Source: an uncultured Alphaproteobacteria bacterium
GTDB lineage: Bacteria > Pseudomonadota > Alphaproteobacteria > Rhizobiales > Rhodomicrobiaceae
Length of the DNA: 64,000 nucleotides
NCBI GenBank assembly: GCA_963706665.1
Contig: CAVPNP010000026.1
Coordinates: 4,678 to 68,677 of the forward strand
Direction of reading: 5' to 3'
Each line of letters begins with the position of its first letter. Position 1 is the first letter of the stretch. Shown piece after piece: positions 1 to 9,533 of this stretch. A model generated the notes under the pieces. That model was not told the DNA's origin. It saw nothing but the letters and a program-made list of their open reading frames with translations, and did not search any database. The translations under genes and the position numbers were made by a program.

Positions 1-33
1 AACTGAGACTCTACCTGCTTTTGCGAGGTCTTC

Positions 34-918
34 TTGGCTGATACACCCTTATCGTTGCCGAAGGAGCGGCTCGCGGCGCTCGCCAGCGCTTACAAACGCA
101 AGGTCGCGCAGCGGCGGCGGCTCACCTATGCGCTGATATTCGCGCTTCTCGCACTGACTTTGCTTGCGAGCTATGTCGCGGAAGTGCGCCTTTCGGCCTT
201 GATCGATAATATTGGGAATTTCACCAGCTATTTCGAGCGCATCATTCCAGAACTGCGGTGGTCCAACTTCGCCGCTGACTTCAGCGAATGGATGTGGGGC
301 ATCTCGCGTTGGACGCGACTTCTGTTCGACACCATCCTCATGGCCTATCTGGCAACGCTTTTCGGCGTGGCCGGAGCCATCCTATTCTCGTTTTTCGCTG
401 CGAATAATCTGGTCTCGAACCCAGTCTTGCGCTTCGCCGTCAAGCGCTTCCTTGAGTTTTGCCGGACTGTACCAGACCTCGTATTTGCGCTGATTTTCGT
501 GCGCGCCTTTGGCCTCGGCGCCATGGCGGGAGTTCTTGCGCTCACGATCCATACTTTGGGCTCGCTGGGGAAGCTTTTCTCGGAGGTGGTCGAAAACATC
601 GACATGAAGCCGGTTGAAGGCGTGCGCGCGTCGGGTGCGAACTGGCCTGAGACGGTGCGCTTCGGCGTTGTGCCGCAAATTCTGCCGTCATTTCTAAGCT
701 ATGGGCTGTTGCGCTTCGAGGTGAATGTCCGCACAGCGACGGTGATCGGCTTTGTGGGGGCAGGCGGTATCGGACAGGACTTCCTCGAAGCTATTCGCAA
801 ATTCTACTATTCCGACGTTTCAGCGATGCTTGTGATGATCATCATCACCGTTTTCGCGATCGACATCGCGACGGACTGGCTTCGAAAGGCGCTGGCTGGC
901 CGGGAGGCGCACGAATGA
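34..918 (+). CDS. phnE: Phosphonate ABC transporter permease
   Basis: Multi-TM ORF with EAA-type loop (EGVRASGANW) and the PhnE C-terminal motif RFEVNVRTATVIGFVGAGGIG; TTG start after a GAGG RBS. Confidence 0.9.
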   Translation: MADTPLSLPKERLAALASAYKRKVAQRRRLTYALIFALLALTLLASYVAEVRLSALIDNIGNFTSYFERIIPELRWSNFAADFSEWMWGISRWTRLLFDTILMAYLATLFGVAGAILFSFFAANNLVSNPVLRFAVKRFLEFCRTVPDLVFALIFVRAFGLGAMAGVLALTIHTLGSLGKLFSEVVENIDMKPVEGVRASGANWPETVRFGVVPQILPSFLSYGLLRFEVNVRTATVIGFVGAGGIGQDFLEAIRKFYYSDVSAMLVMIIITVFAIDIATDWLRKALAGREAHE

Positions 919-1772
919 CGGACAAGCTCGCCATAGATCGAAGCAAGCTGGGCGAGGCCTATCCGCTCTATATGCGTGGCGATTGGCAAAGCCGGATTGT
1001 CGTTTGGGCGGTGATCCTGGCTTCCGCCGCGCTCGCCATCTACGCAATGGACCGGCTCGAGTTTTCGGTTTCGCGGTTGGGAAGCGGGCTCGAAAACCTT
1101 CGCGCGTATATCGCGTTAATGCTTCATCCAACGGATGGGGGTCAGCTTACGGCGTATCTTTGGGCGCTGGCGCAGACATTGGCGATCGCGTTTCTCGGAA
1201 CCATGATTGCTGCGGCGTTCGCCTTTCCCATTGGGCTTATGGCTGCAAGGAACATCTTGCCCAATTTTCTCGCGCGCTTTGTGCTGCGGCGAGGGCTGGA
1301 CACCATACGCTCCGTCGACGTGCTGATATGGGCATTGGTTTGGATCAACGTGGTTGGGCTTGGGCCGTTCGCGGGGGTGCTCGCCATTGCCAGCGCCGAT
1401 ATTGGCGCTCTGGGCAAACTTTTCTCCGAAGCTATTGAGAATGTGGACCGTAAGCCAGCCGATGGCGTGACGGCATCAGGCGGCAACGCTCTCCAACGTA
1501 TCCGTTTCGGCATCTTGCCAGAGGCGCTTCCGGTTCTGGCGAGCCAAATCCTTTACTTCATTGAATCCAACACCAGGTCCGCGACCATCATTGGCGTCGT
1601 CGGCGCGGGAGGAATTGGCCAGTACTTCAAGGAAAGTATCGACCAGTTCGAATGGGAGAAGGTGTCCTTCCTTATAATCCTGGTGCTGATCGCTGTGGCG
1701 ATCATCGATTTCATCTCGTCGCGGCTCCGTTCGGCTATGATCGGAAGGCCGCAGTCCTCTGTGAACAACTGA
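915..1772 (+). CDS. phnE: Phosphonate ABC transporter permease, second subunit
   Basis: ATGA overlap with previous gene; ESNTRSATIIGVVGAGGIG motif. Confidence 0.9.
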   Translation: MTDKLAIDRSKLGEAYPLYMRGDWQSRIVVWAVILASAALAIYAMDRLEFSVSRLGSGLENLRAYIALMLHPTDGGQLTAYLWALAQTLAIAFLGTMIAAAFAFPIGLMAARNILPNFLARFVLRRGLDTIRSVDVLIWALVWINVVGLGPFAGVLAIASADIGALGKLFSEAIENVDRKPADGVTASGGNALQRIRFGILPEALPVLASQILYFIESNTRSATIIGVVGAGGIGQYFKESIDQFEWEKVSFLIILVLIAVAIIDFISSRLRSAMIGRPQSSVNN

Positions 1773-1778
1773 TCTCGC

Positions 1779-1809
1779 GTCATCGCGAGCGCGCAGCGCC
1801 GTGGCGATC
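1779..1809. repeat. Left arm of REP-like palindrome interrupted by IS110
   Basis: GTCATCGCGAGCGCGCAGCGCCGTGGCGATC is imperfectly complementary to GATTGCTTCGCTGCGCTCGCAATGAC ending at 3089. Confidence 0.75.
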
Positions 1810-1823
1810 TACCGTGTCTGTTT

Positions 1824-2819
1824 TCAAGCTGTTTTTGCGTGTTTCCAGACTTGATCGTTCTTGAGCATGGCGCTCAGGATGACGATGAGTTTGCGCATGA
1901 CGGCGGTGACGGCGACCATGTAGGGCTTGCCCTTTTTCATGAGGCGGTCAGCGAAGCTGCGAAACACCGCGTGATGGCGGATCGCGGCTCTTGCCGCCAT
2001 GAACAGGCAGGAGCGCACCTGGCTTCGGCCTGCGAAGATGCGCCGTCGTCCGTAGCTCTTGCCGCTGTCGCGGTCGTAAGGAGCAAGGCCTGCCAGGGCG
2101 GCGGCGCTCGACGCCGGAATGGAGCCAAGCTCGGGCATGAAGGCATTGAGGGTGTAGGCGGTTATCGCGCCTACGCCCGCCACCGTTTGCATGAGCCTGT
2201 CGCGGTGGTGAAGCGCCGCATCGTTCCGGGTGAGCGCCTCGATTTCCGCCTCGATGGCGCAGAGTTCCTTGTTGAGCAGTTTGATATGCCTTTCCACGCC
2301 CTGGCGCACCGCTCTCACGCTGACATGTTCAAGGCGGCATTGCTCAGCCTCGATCATATCCTGGAGTTCAGCGCGCCGTTCCACCAACTCGCGAAGCGCG
2401 GCCTGTTCAGGACGCGGCGGCTGATAGAGCCGGAGACCCGGCTTGTCGCGGCCATATTCGGCGATAAGGCAGGCATCGATGGGATCGGATTTCGCATGGC
2501 GGCCGCGGAATTTTGCATAGGCGCGCACGCTCGTCCCATGCGCGCGATGGCAGGCAAGCTGAAGCTCGCATGCGGCTTGCAGCACGGCTGCTTCATACCC
2601 TCCCGTCGCCTCGCACATGACAAGCAAGGGGCCAAGATCAAGTTTTTCGTTGCGTTTTTTCTCGCGCGCCAAAAGGCGGCGGACGGCGCCTTGCGTGTTG
2701 GGCACGGAAAGGCTCTCGCCTGAGGGGAGGATATGAACAGAAAGGCTGTCCTTGGCCACGTCAAACGCGATCACATGATTGAAACGGGCAGCAAGCGGGG
2801 GCATGATGGCTGTGTTCAT
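1824..2819 (-). CDS. IS110-family DEDD transposase/recombinase
   Basis: Motifs FDVAK, CEATGGYE, KSDPIDA (DEDD) and GLAPYDRDSG (conserved Ser of the Tnp domain), then AVMRKLIV; start ATG 2819 likely (2831 and 2804 are alternatives). Confidence 0.95.
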   Translation of the reverse strand: MNTAIMPPLAARFNHVIAFDVAKDSLSVHILPSGESLSVPNTQGAVRRLLAREKKRNEKLDLGPLLVMCEATGGYEAAVLQAACELQLACHRAHGTSVRAYAKFRGRHAKSDPIDACLIAEYGRDKPGLRLYQPPRPEQAALRELVERRAELQDMIEAEQCRLEHVSVRAVRQGVERHIKLLNKELCAIEAEIEALTRNDAALHHRDRLMQTVAGVGAITAYTLNAFMPELGSIPASSAAALAGLAPYDRDSGKSYGRRRIFAGRSQVRSCLFMAARAAIRHHAVFRSFADRLMKKGKPYMVAVTAVMRKLIVILSAMLKNDQVWKHAKTA

Positions 2820-3020
2820 CCGGGCGTCCATGATTGTATGCGGCCGCAAAGGCCTCTCTACCGTTCGGATGGCCAAGGGAAGACGGCGCGGACCTAAGAT
2901 CGCCAACGATCGTTAAAGATTGATCCAGAGAACGGCCGCGCGCCGCCCAGAACGAAGGATGGCCATCCTTCGTTCTGGGCCCAGTTTCCCGTGATTCGCA
3001 AACCGCCGGATACCAAGCCG
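2817..3020 (-). ncRNA. Putative bridge RNA of the IS110 element
   Basis: 5' hairpin (2945-2980), then target guides CTGGATC (2928-2922) and TGGCGATC (2905-2898), then donor guides ACGGTAGA (2864-2857) and CATACAATC (2840-2832), each inside stem-closed loops; exact ends inferred. Confidence 0.8.
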
Positions 3021-3033
3021 CCAGCAACATACA

Positions 3034-3089
3034 ATCCAGTAGAAACATCAAGGACTTATACTGGATTGCTTCGCTGCGCTCGCAATGAC
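3034..3089. repeat. Right part of the interrupted REP-like palindrome
   Basis: ATCCAGTA...TACTGGAT inner stem followed by TGCTTCGCTGCGCTCGCAATGAC. Confidence 0.75.
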
Positions 3090-3120
3090 AACGCGCGGCA
3101 AAGATTCCCCATGTCTGGCC

Positions 3121-4458
3121 TCAGCTCGGATTATCGAGGCTTATCATTCCAGTCTCGCCATTATAAGCGAACACTTCCGCGTAACGTGCCCAGTTGATGA
3201 CTGTGTGGAGCGTGGTTTCGGCGTGCTCAGAAGTCATCTTGTCTTCGAGCTCGTCCCTGAAGCGGATCAGCGGCGCGCGATGACTGTGCCGTTCGTCGAG
3301 AATATGTTTGATGTGAGCCACGAGCGGCACATAACTTACGAGGTGCTGTGCGAACTGCGCCTTACGTTCGTCGGTGCCAGCATCGACAAAACGCCGCCCG
3401 GCATCGTTGAGCTTGAGGTCGCCTTCGGCCAGTTCGGCGAAACGCAGGAGCTGCAGCGTTTCCGCTGCGTGGAACAACTCGTCCACCTCCATCTGGGCGC
3501 GTTCGGCGAGAAGCGGCAAGTCGGCCTTGCCGTTGAACGGCGGTTCCGCCAGCGTTTCAAGCAGACCGGCGAGCGTATTCGTCGATACCGGCGGGATGCT
3601 CATACTGATGCCTGTGCCAGGGAAGAGGCCGTCGCGCACCGGCGTCGCGCCTGCCTTCGCGGTCATGCGGGCATAAATGTCATCGACCAAAGCACGGAAT
3701 GCCGGATCGACGCGGTTGCGCGGCTGAGGCAGGTTCACCTTAATCTCGGCAATGACACGTCCGGGATTCGATGAGAACACAAGGATGCGGTCGCTCATCA
3801 ACACCGCCTCTTCGATGTTATGCGTGACGAGCAAAATGGCGCGGATCGGCATCCGGCCTTCGCACCAAAGATCAAGAAGGTCGGTACGCAATGTTTCCGC
3901 CGTGAGAACATCAAGCGCTGAGAAAGGTTCATCCATCAGAAGAACCTTCGGCTGAACAACAAGCGCGCGCGCAAGGCCAACGCGCTGACGCATACCGCCC
4001 GACAGTTCCTTCGGATAGGCCGTTTCGAATCCGTCGAGACCGATAAGGTCGATGGCGGCGAGAGCGCGCTTGCGCCGCTCTTCCGCAGGAACGCCTTGCG
4101 CTTCGAGGCCCAGTTCCACATTTTCTAGCACGGTCAGCCAGGGGAAGAGCGCGAAACTCTGGAATACCATGGCGAGGCCGTCCGCAGGGCCATGGATGGG
4201 CTGTCCGTCGATGGCAATTTCACCTTCGCTCGCTGGCATTAGGCCGGATATGATGCGCAGAAGCGTGGACTTGCCCGAGCCGGACCGCCCAAGCAACGCC
4301 ACGATCTCATTTTCGCAAAGGTTGAGATTCACATCGTCGAGGACAAGCAAATTGTTGCTCGTCCCGCGCTTATAATAATGGCGTACGTCCTTGACCGAGA
4401 CCAAGGCTTGACCTGCCTTGGCGCGCGCTGGTGCAGCTACGTCCATGGTCCCCTCCAT
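3121..4458 (-). CDS. NitT/TauT-family ABC transporter ATP-binding protein with C-terminal AAA-associated domain
   Basis: Walker A GRSGSGKS, LSGGMRQ, DEPFSALD, long C-terminal extension. Confidence 0.9.
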   Translation of the reverse strand: MEGTMDVAAPARAKAGQALVSVKDVRHYYKRGTSNNLLVLDDVNLNLCENEIVALLGRSGSGKSTLLRIISGLMPASEGEIAIDGQPIHGPADGLAMVFQSFALFPWLTVLENVELGLEAQGVPAEERRKRALAAIDLIGLDGFETAYPKELSGGMRQRVGLARALVVQPKVLLMDEPFSALDVLTAETLRTDLLDLWCEGRMPIRAILLVTHNIEEAVLMSDRILVFSSNPGRVIAEIKVNLPQPRNRVDPAFRALVDDIYARMTAKAGATPVRDGLFPGTGISMSIPPVSTNTLAGLLETLAEPPFNGKADLPLLAERAQMEVDELFHAAETLQLLRFAELAEGDLKLNDAGRRFVDAGTDERKAQFAQHLVSYVPLVAHIKHILDERHSHRAPLIRFRDELEDKMTSEHAETTLHTVINWARYAEVFAYNGETGMISLDNPS

Positions 4459-4459
4459 A

Positions 4460-6215
4460 TCAATCTAAGCGCAAGCGGCGGTCAGCGAGCCTGTAAAGGC
4501 GCCGCCATACAACGCGGTTCATTGTCACGACGAAAAGGGACATCACGCCAACGCCAAGCACGACGCGATGAAAATCACCCGCCGCCGTCGCCTTGGCGAT
4601 ATACGCGCCAAGTCCATGAGCTTCGAGCTTGATGTCGCCCCAAGTGACAACTTCCGCAATAATGCTGGCGTTCCACGAGCCACCGGATGCGGTCAGCGCG
4701 CCGGTGACGTAATAGGGGAAGATGCCGGGAAGGATCACCTTCCGCCACCACTGCCAGCGCTTCAAGCGGTAGAGGGTCGAGGCTTCGCTCAAGTCACTTG
4801 GAAAAACACTCGCGCCCGCAATGACGTTAAAGAGAATGTACCATTGCGTGCCAAGCACGATGAGTGGCGAAAGCCAGATGTCGGGATTGAGGTGATAGGT
4901 TGCAATGCCCGCTACGACAAAAGGGAAGAGTACGTTCGCGGGGAACGCGGCCAGGAATTGAGCCACGGGCTGAACACGCTCCGCAAGCGCCGGGCGCAGC
5001 CCAATATAGACGCCGATAGGCACCCAAATCAGACTCGCGATCGCAATGAGTACGACAACGCGGGTGAAGGTGATGAACCCGTCGATCACGGCCTCTTCGA
5101 CGTCGGACCAGCCAAGCGTCGCCCGCACGTAATCTATGACAGACCAGCCAGCCCAGATCACAACCGCGATAAGAGCAATATTCCAAAGCCAGTCGATCAC
5201 TCTGCTCGTGGCCGTGCTCATTTTCGGCTCGGGGATTTGCTTCGAAAGGCCACTCACGCGCCCGCTGAAAAGATCGAGCAGCGCCGCTCAGCGCTTCGTT
5301 GAGCGCTTGGATTAGCCGCGTTCGGCGCAGAAGGTCGAGCACCCAGGATTTGGGCTGCGCCTGCGCCGCCACCAATTCCACGCGGAATTTATCGGCCCAG
5401 GCGACGACCGGGCGGAAAATAAGCTGATCGTAAAGGACGATGACAATCGCCATCGCGCCGACCGCCCAAGCTACGGCTGATATATTCGTTTGCTCTATGG
5501 CGGCGGAGATGTAGGAGCCGATGCCGGGAAGGGTGATTTTGGTGTCGCCAACCGATATTGCTTCCGACGCGACCACAAAAAACCAGCCACCGGACATGGA
5601 CATCATCATGTTCCAGACGAGGCCGGGCGTGGCGAAAGGCGCCTCAAGCTTCCAGAAGCGTTGCCACGCCGAAAGGCGGAAATGCGTGCTGACCTCTTCA
5701 AGGTCGCGCGGAACTGTTTTCAGCGACTGGTAGAACGAGAAGGTCATGTTCCAGGCTTGGCTCGTGAAGATCGCAAAAATGGCCGCGAGTTCAGCCCCGA
5801 GTTGGCTGCCTGGAAACAGGCTCATGAAGAATACGACTGTAAAGGTGAGGAAGCCGAGGACCGGCACCGATTGAAGGATGTCCAGCGCCGGAATAATCAC
5901 GCGCTCCGCTCTCTTGCTCTTGGCGGCAAGCGGGGCCACGATGAAGGTGAAGAGCAGTGAGAAACCAAGCGCTGCGAACATGCGCAGCGTCGTTAGGAGC
6001 GCATATTCAGGCAGATAGCGTGGATCGAGCGAGATTGGCTGGGCCGATAACGTCTCCAGCGGCTGCCGCATGGATTTCGCGGCGTGCGCCATCGCGACGA
6101 AGAGCGCACCGACAGAGACGAAGACGAGGATATCATAGCGGTTGGGCCAGGCGCGGGCGACTGTTGCGGAGATATTTGCGATGCGGCGGCCGCCGGCGGG
6201 TAAGGGCATGGACAT
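4460..6215 (-). CDS. NitT/TauT ABC transporter permease (two-domain), frameshifted near 5280
   Basis: N-half (LQSVPVLGFL, SGGWFFVVASE) and C-half (AAFPANVLFP, SGGSWNASIIAE) lie in different frames. Confidence 0.85.
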
Positions 6216-6575
6216 CGCTCGCCTCACTCCTTGTGGTTGAGGCCCTAAAGGCCCGCTTTCATGTCTCGCGCTCGTGAGAACACCGCCATTTAGGCGGATG
6301 AGTTTACAATTAATGTTGGGCTAAGTGCTTAAAGCCGTTCAGCAGCTTTGCTCCTAGGCGATGAACGGTGCGAGCAATTCTGTCAACAGGAAAACGAGAG
6401 GTTGCGAAAAATTCGGGAAAGGCTGCCTAGCGCGAAGCGTTGGCAGAGGCGAAGGGAAGTTCTGTCAGATTTGGGACATTCAACCAAGAGGCGAGAAATC
6501 GTGGATCGGAAACATGAATGGTTGCCCCATAGTCCATGCACCACAATGCCGAGGCACTCGCCGGTTCCTCTTGCA

Positions 6576-6863
6576 TCAGTGCTTTTCTTCCTCGTCGTCA
6601 GTGTCGATGTAGGAACTCCATAAGAGCGGGATACTTTTTTCCGTAATAAATCTTGAGTTTATCACTTTATTATTGCTACCCCTTTTTTTCACCTCAGCGT
6701 TATGCACGATTACGTTTTCTAGTGTAGAGTTGCCGTTCATTTCGATGTAGGCTTCCGGTGCGCTGAGGCGACCCCAAGAAAACATTAATGCCCCTGCCGC
6801 CACGAGCAGAAATGCTTTTTTCAGCGTCATTTTGTTCATCCGGTTCACTGATTTCCCTCTCAC
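6576..6863 (-). CDS. Small hypothetical exported protein
   Basis: 95 aa ORF with signal-like N-terminus and acidic tail; AT-richer than flanks. Confidence 0.4.
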   Translation of the reverse strand: MRGKSVNRMNKMTLKKAFLLVAAGALMFSWGRLSAPEAYIEMNGNSTLENVIVHNAEVKKRGSNNKVINSRFITEKSIPLLWSSYIDTDDEEEKH

Positions 6864-6950
6864 CGTGTGCAGTCAATCAATTTTTCTGCTCCATGCCGGG
6901 CACTTTTGCGACGCTAAAAGCCAGCCCACGGAAATGTAAAGACGGCGATC

Positions 6951-6976
6951 GCCATGCGGCTTACAAACCGCATGGC
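6951..6976. terminator. Hairpin downstream of the NHL-repeat gene
   Basis: GCCATGCGG / CCGCATGGC 9-bp stem; no clear U-tract. Confidence 0.35.
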
Positions 6977-7019
6977 TGGATTCCCCCCCGGTTCATGGTG
7001 ATGAAGAGCACCGCGCGAT

Positions 7020-8138
7020 TTATTTAGCCGCCGCGCGTTTGCGAAGCACAGTATCTCCCCGGAACAGGAATTTTTGGGCGCGTTTGCCGGTGTCAACCTC
7101 GGTCGTGAATACATTCCCTTTCGAGTCGATCGCGAGATTATGTATCCAATGAAATTCACCAGCCATGCGGCCATTCCGGCCAAAGGCGCCCAGGACTTCG
7201 CCTGTTTCCCGTGAAATGGTACGCACCTCGTTATTCGCGCCGTCTGCGTTTATGAGATAGGTCTCATTCTGGTCGGGCCAGAACTCAAGATCCCACACCG
7301 AACCGTTCGCGCGTGTGTCCTTTTCTATGAAGAATTCCTTCACAAAAGTACCGTCCTTGCGGAAGACCTGAATGCGGTCGTTCGTGCGGTCGCAAACATA
7401 GACAAGCCCATCCTGCGCAAGCTTGACGCAATGAACCGGGTTTCTGAACTGCTTTAACGGAGCGCCCGCTGGGTCGTAGGGCGAGACTTTCTCGTCAGTA
7501 GGTGGCGTGCCGTAAGCCCCCCACATCCGCTTGAACGCCCCAGTTTCGGAATCGAATACGATAATTCGATGATTATAATAACCATCCGCGACGTAAACTT
7601 CATTCGCCGCTACATCCACGGACAGATTTGCTGGCCGGCCGAGCCGCGTCTTATCCTGCGAATCCGTCTGCGGCCCTTGCCGTCCGATCTGCAAAACGAA
7701 CTTGCCATCTTTGGTGAACTTCAGGATCTGACCGTCATTCTCACCATTGCCGGCAAGCCATACAAAGCCTTTTGCGTCGATGTAGATGCCATGCTCGTTC
7801 TGCGGCCATTCATAGCCTTGTCCGGGGCCGCCCCATGAGCGTAGCAAATTACCTTGCTGATCGAATTCAAGCACCGGAGGCGCGGGACGGCAGCATTTTG
7901 TCCGTGGCGGCTCCAATGCGGCGGCACGTTCATCATCGGTAAGCGTTTTTGGCCGCTGCACGACCCAGATATGGTCATCCCCATCGACTGCGACGCCAGA
8001 AGCTTGGCCCATTATCCAGTTGTTCGGGAGGGGCTTTGGCCAAGAGGCATCGACTTCAAATTTTGGCGGCTCAGCGGCGGTTGCTGCTGAAACTATAATT
8101 GTGGCGATGAGCGCGGCAATCGCACCGGCAAGTCTCAT
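7020..8138 (-). CDS. Secreted NHL-repeat beta-propeller protein (peptidyl-alpha-hydroxyglycine lyase-like)
   Basis: Signal peptide; repeats VYVADGYYNHRI, VYVCDRTNDRIQVF, HNLAIDSKGNVF. Confidence 0.8.
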   Translation of the reverse strand: MRLAGAIAALIATIIVSAATAAEPPKFEVDASWPKPLPNNWIMGQASGVAVDGDDHIWVVQRPKTLTDDERAAALEPPRTKCCRPAPPVLEFDQQGNLLRSWGGPGQGYEWPQNEHGIYIDAKGFVWLAGNGENDGQILKFTKDGKFVLQIGRQGPQTDSQDKTRLGRPANLSVDVAANEVYVADGYYNHRIIVFDSETGAFKRMWGAYGTPPTDEKVSPYDPAGAPLKQFRNPVHCVKLAQDGLVYVCDRTNDRIQVFRKDGTFVKEFFIEKDTRANGSVWDLEFWPDQNETYLINADGANNEVRTISRETGEVLGAFGRNGRMAGEFHWIHNLAIDSKGNVFTTEVDTGKRAQKFLFRGDTVLRKRAAAK

Positions 8139-8440
8139 GGACGTTTTCCTTCTGCAAACAGCACCTCATGCTAATGGAAGGTCAGGCGACGCTCAACCGC
8201 GCCTAAGGTCGGGTGGAGGAGGCTTCGAACTCGCGCACCAACAGCACAAATTCAGCCGAAAGAAAAAAGAGAAAATAATTTTTCCTATTTCTTTGTAAAT
8301 CAATCAGGTCTGAATATAATTAAAAATTTTTATTTGCAAACAAAAGATCAATATTAGGCTATCACTATCACTTTTAGTGCACAGCTAAGGCACATACACA
8401 TCACCTATCCCCTGGCCTGCGTAAGGAATGGACATGATCT

Positions 8441-9481
8441 ATGTGCCCTCTTTTTTTTCGAAGAATATGTTTTGTAATCCTACCGCTAGCGGCATCTGTT
8501 GTACTTCTGTACTTGGCTGCGGTTTGGGCGCAAGTTGCTTCTCCCACGCTCCCGTCATGGAATGAGGGGCCAGCCAAACAAGCAATAATCGATTTCGTTC
8601 ATGCGGCGACCGATCCCTCGAACCCAGGCTACTTGCCTCCGCCGCAGCGGATTGCAACCTTTGACCAAGACGGCACACTATGGGTCGAGCACCCGATTTA
8701 CACCCAGGTGGTGTTCGCGCTTGACCGCGTCGTCGCCTTAGCGCCTCAGCACCCAGAATGGAAGACCAAGGCGCCATTCAGTTCGGTGCTTGCTGGCGAC
8801 AAAGAAGCGATCGCTAAATTCACTCTCAAGGATCTCGAAGAGATCGTACTCGCGACCCACACCGGCATGGACGTCGAGGCTTTTCGGGCCACGGTCAGCG
8901 AGTGGATCGCGACGGCGAAGCATCCGCGCTGGAACCGGCCATACACCGAGCTTGTCTACCAGCCTATGCTGGAAGTGATGAATTTCCTGCGGGCGACCGG
9001 CTTCAGAATTTACATCGTGACCGGAGGCGGACAAGCCTTTGTGCGCGCTTATGCAGATCAGGTGTACGGGCTTCCACCGGAACAGATTATTGGCTCGTCC
9101 CTGGAAACTCAATTCACCTACAATGCGCAGGATAAGGGCGTCTTAATGCGCGCCCCAAAGCTGCTCCTCAATGATAATTTCTCCGGAAAACCCGAAGATA
9201 TTTATCTGTTTACCGGCCGGCGCCCGCAAGCTGCGTTCGGAAACTCCACCGGCGACAGGGAGATGCTGGAATATACGGCGGCAGGTACTGGGCGACGCTT
9301 AATGATGCTGGTGCTGCACGACGATCCCGCGCGCGAATACTCGTATGGACCGGCCGGAGGGCTGCCTGACACTAAAGTCGGCACATTCACGCAAGCGCTC
9401 TATGACGAGGCGAAGGCCAAGGGCTGGACCGTAATCAGCATGAAAAACGATTGGAACAGGGTCTTCTCATTCGAAAAGTGA
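8441..9481 (+). CDS. Exported HAD-family hydrolase (nonspecific acid phosphatase-like)
   Basis: FDQDGTLW motif I, IVTGG motif II, FGNSTGD motif IV; signal peptide. Confidence 0.85.
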   Translation: MCPLFFRRICFVILPLAASVVLLYLAAVWAQVASPTLPSWNEGPAKQAIIDFVHAATDPSNPGYLPPPQRIATFDQDGTLWVEHPIYTQVVFALDRVVALAPQHPEWKTKAPFSSVLAGDKEAIAKFTLKDLEEIVLATHTGMDVEAFRATVSEWIATAKHPRWNRPYTELVYQPMLEVMNFLRATGFRIYIVTGGGQAFVRAYADQVYGLPPEQIIGSSLETQFTYNAQDKGVLMRAPKLLLNDNFSGKPEDIYLFTGRRPQAAFGNSTGDREMLEYTAAGTGRRLMMLVLHDDPAREYSYGPAGGLPDTKVGTFTQALYDEAKAKGWTVISMKNDWNRVFSFEK

Positions 9482-9533
9482 GATGTAAGAGGAATGAGCA
9501 AACTCCCCGGCCTGCTGCGGAGGCTGGATGACC

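Larger units (their letters stand above)
1807..3036 (-). mobile_element. IS110-family insertion sequence (IS110/IS621-type, non-coding end upstream of the recombinase)
   Basis: DEDD recombinase gene, about 210 nt 5' non-coding end, no terminal inverted repeats, ATC at both boundaries (1807-1809 and 3034-3036); removing the element restores the REP hairpin. Confidence 0.9.

Noticed and set aside
2820-2906. ORF-track N-terminal extension of the transposase (start 2906)
   Set aside because: It overlaps the bridge-RNA guide loops and has no IS110 protein character; the conserved domain begins after 2819
3052-3064. Alternative IS end at CT/AG near 3061 with TATAAG as the -10 box
   Set aside because: Gives a 13-nt promoter spacer, collapses the REP loop and does not match the donor guide; the 3034-3036 boundary fits all three tests
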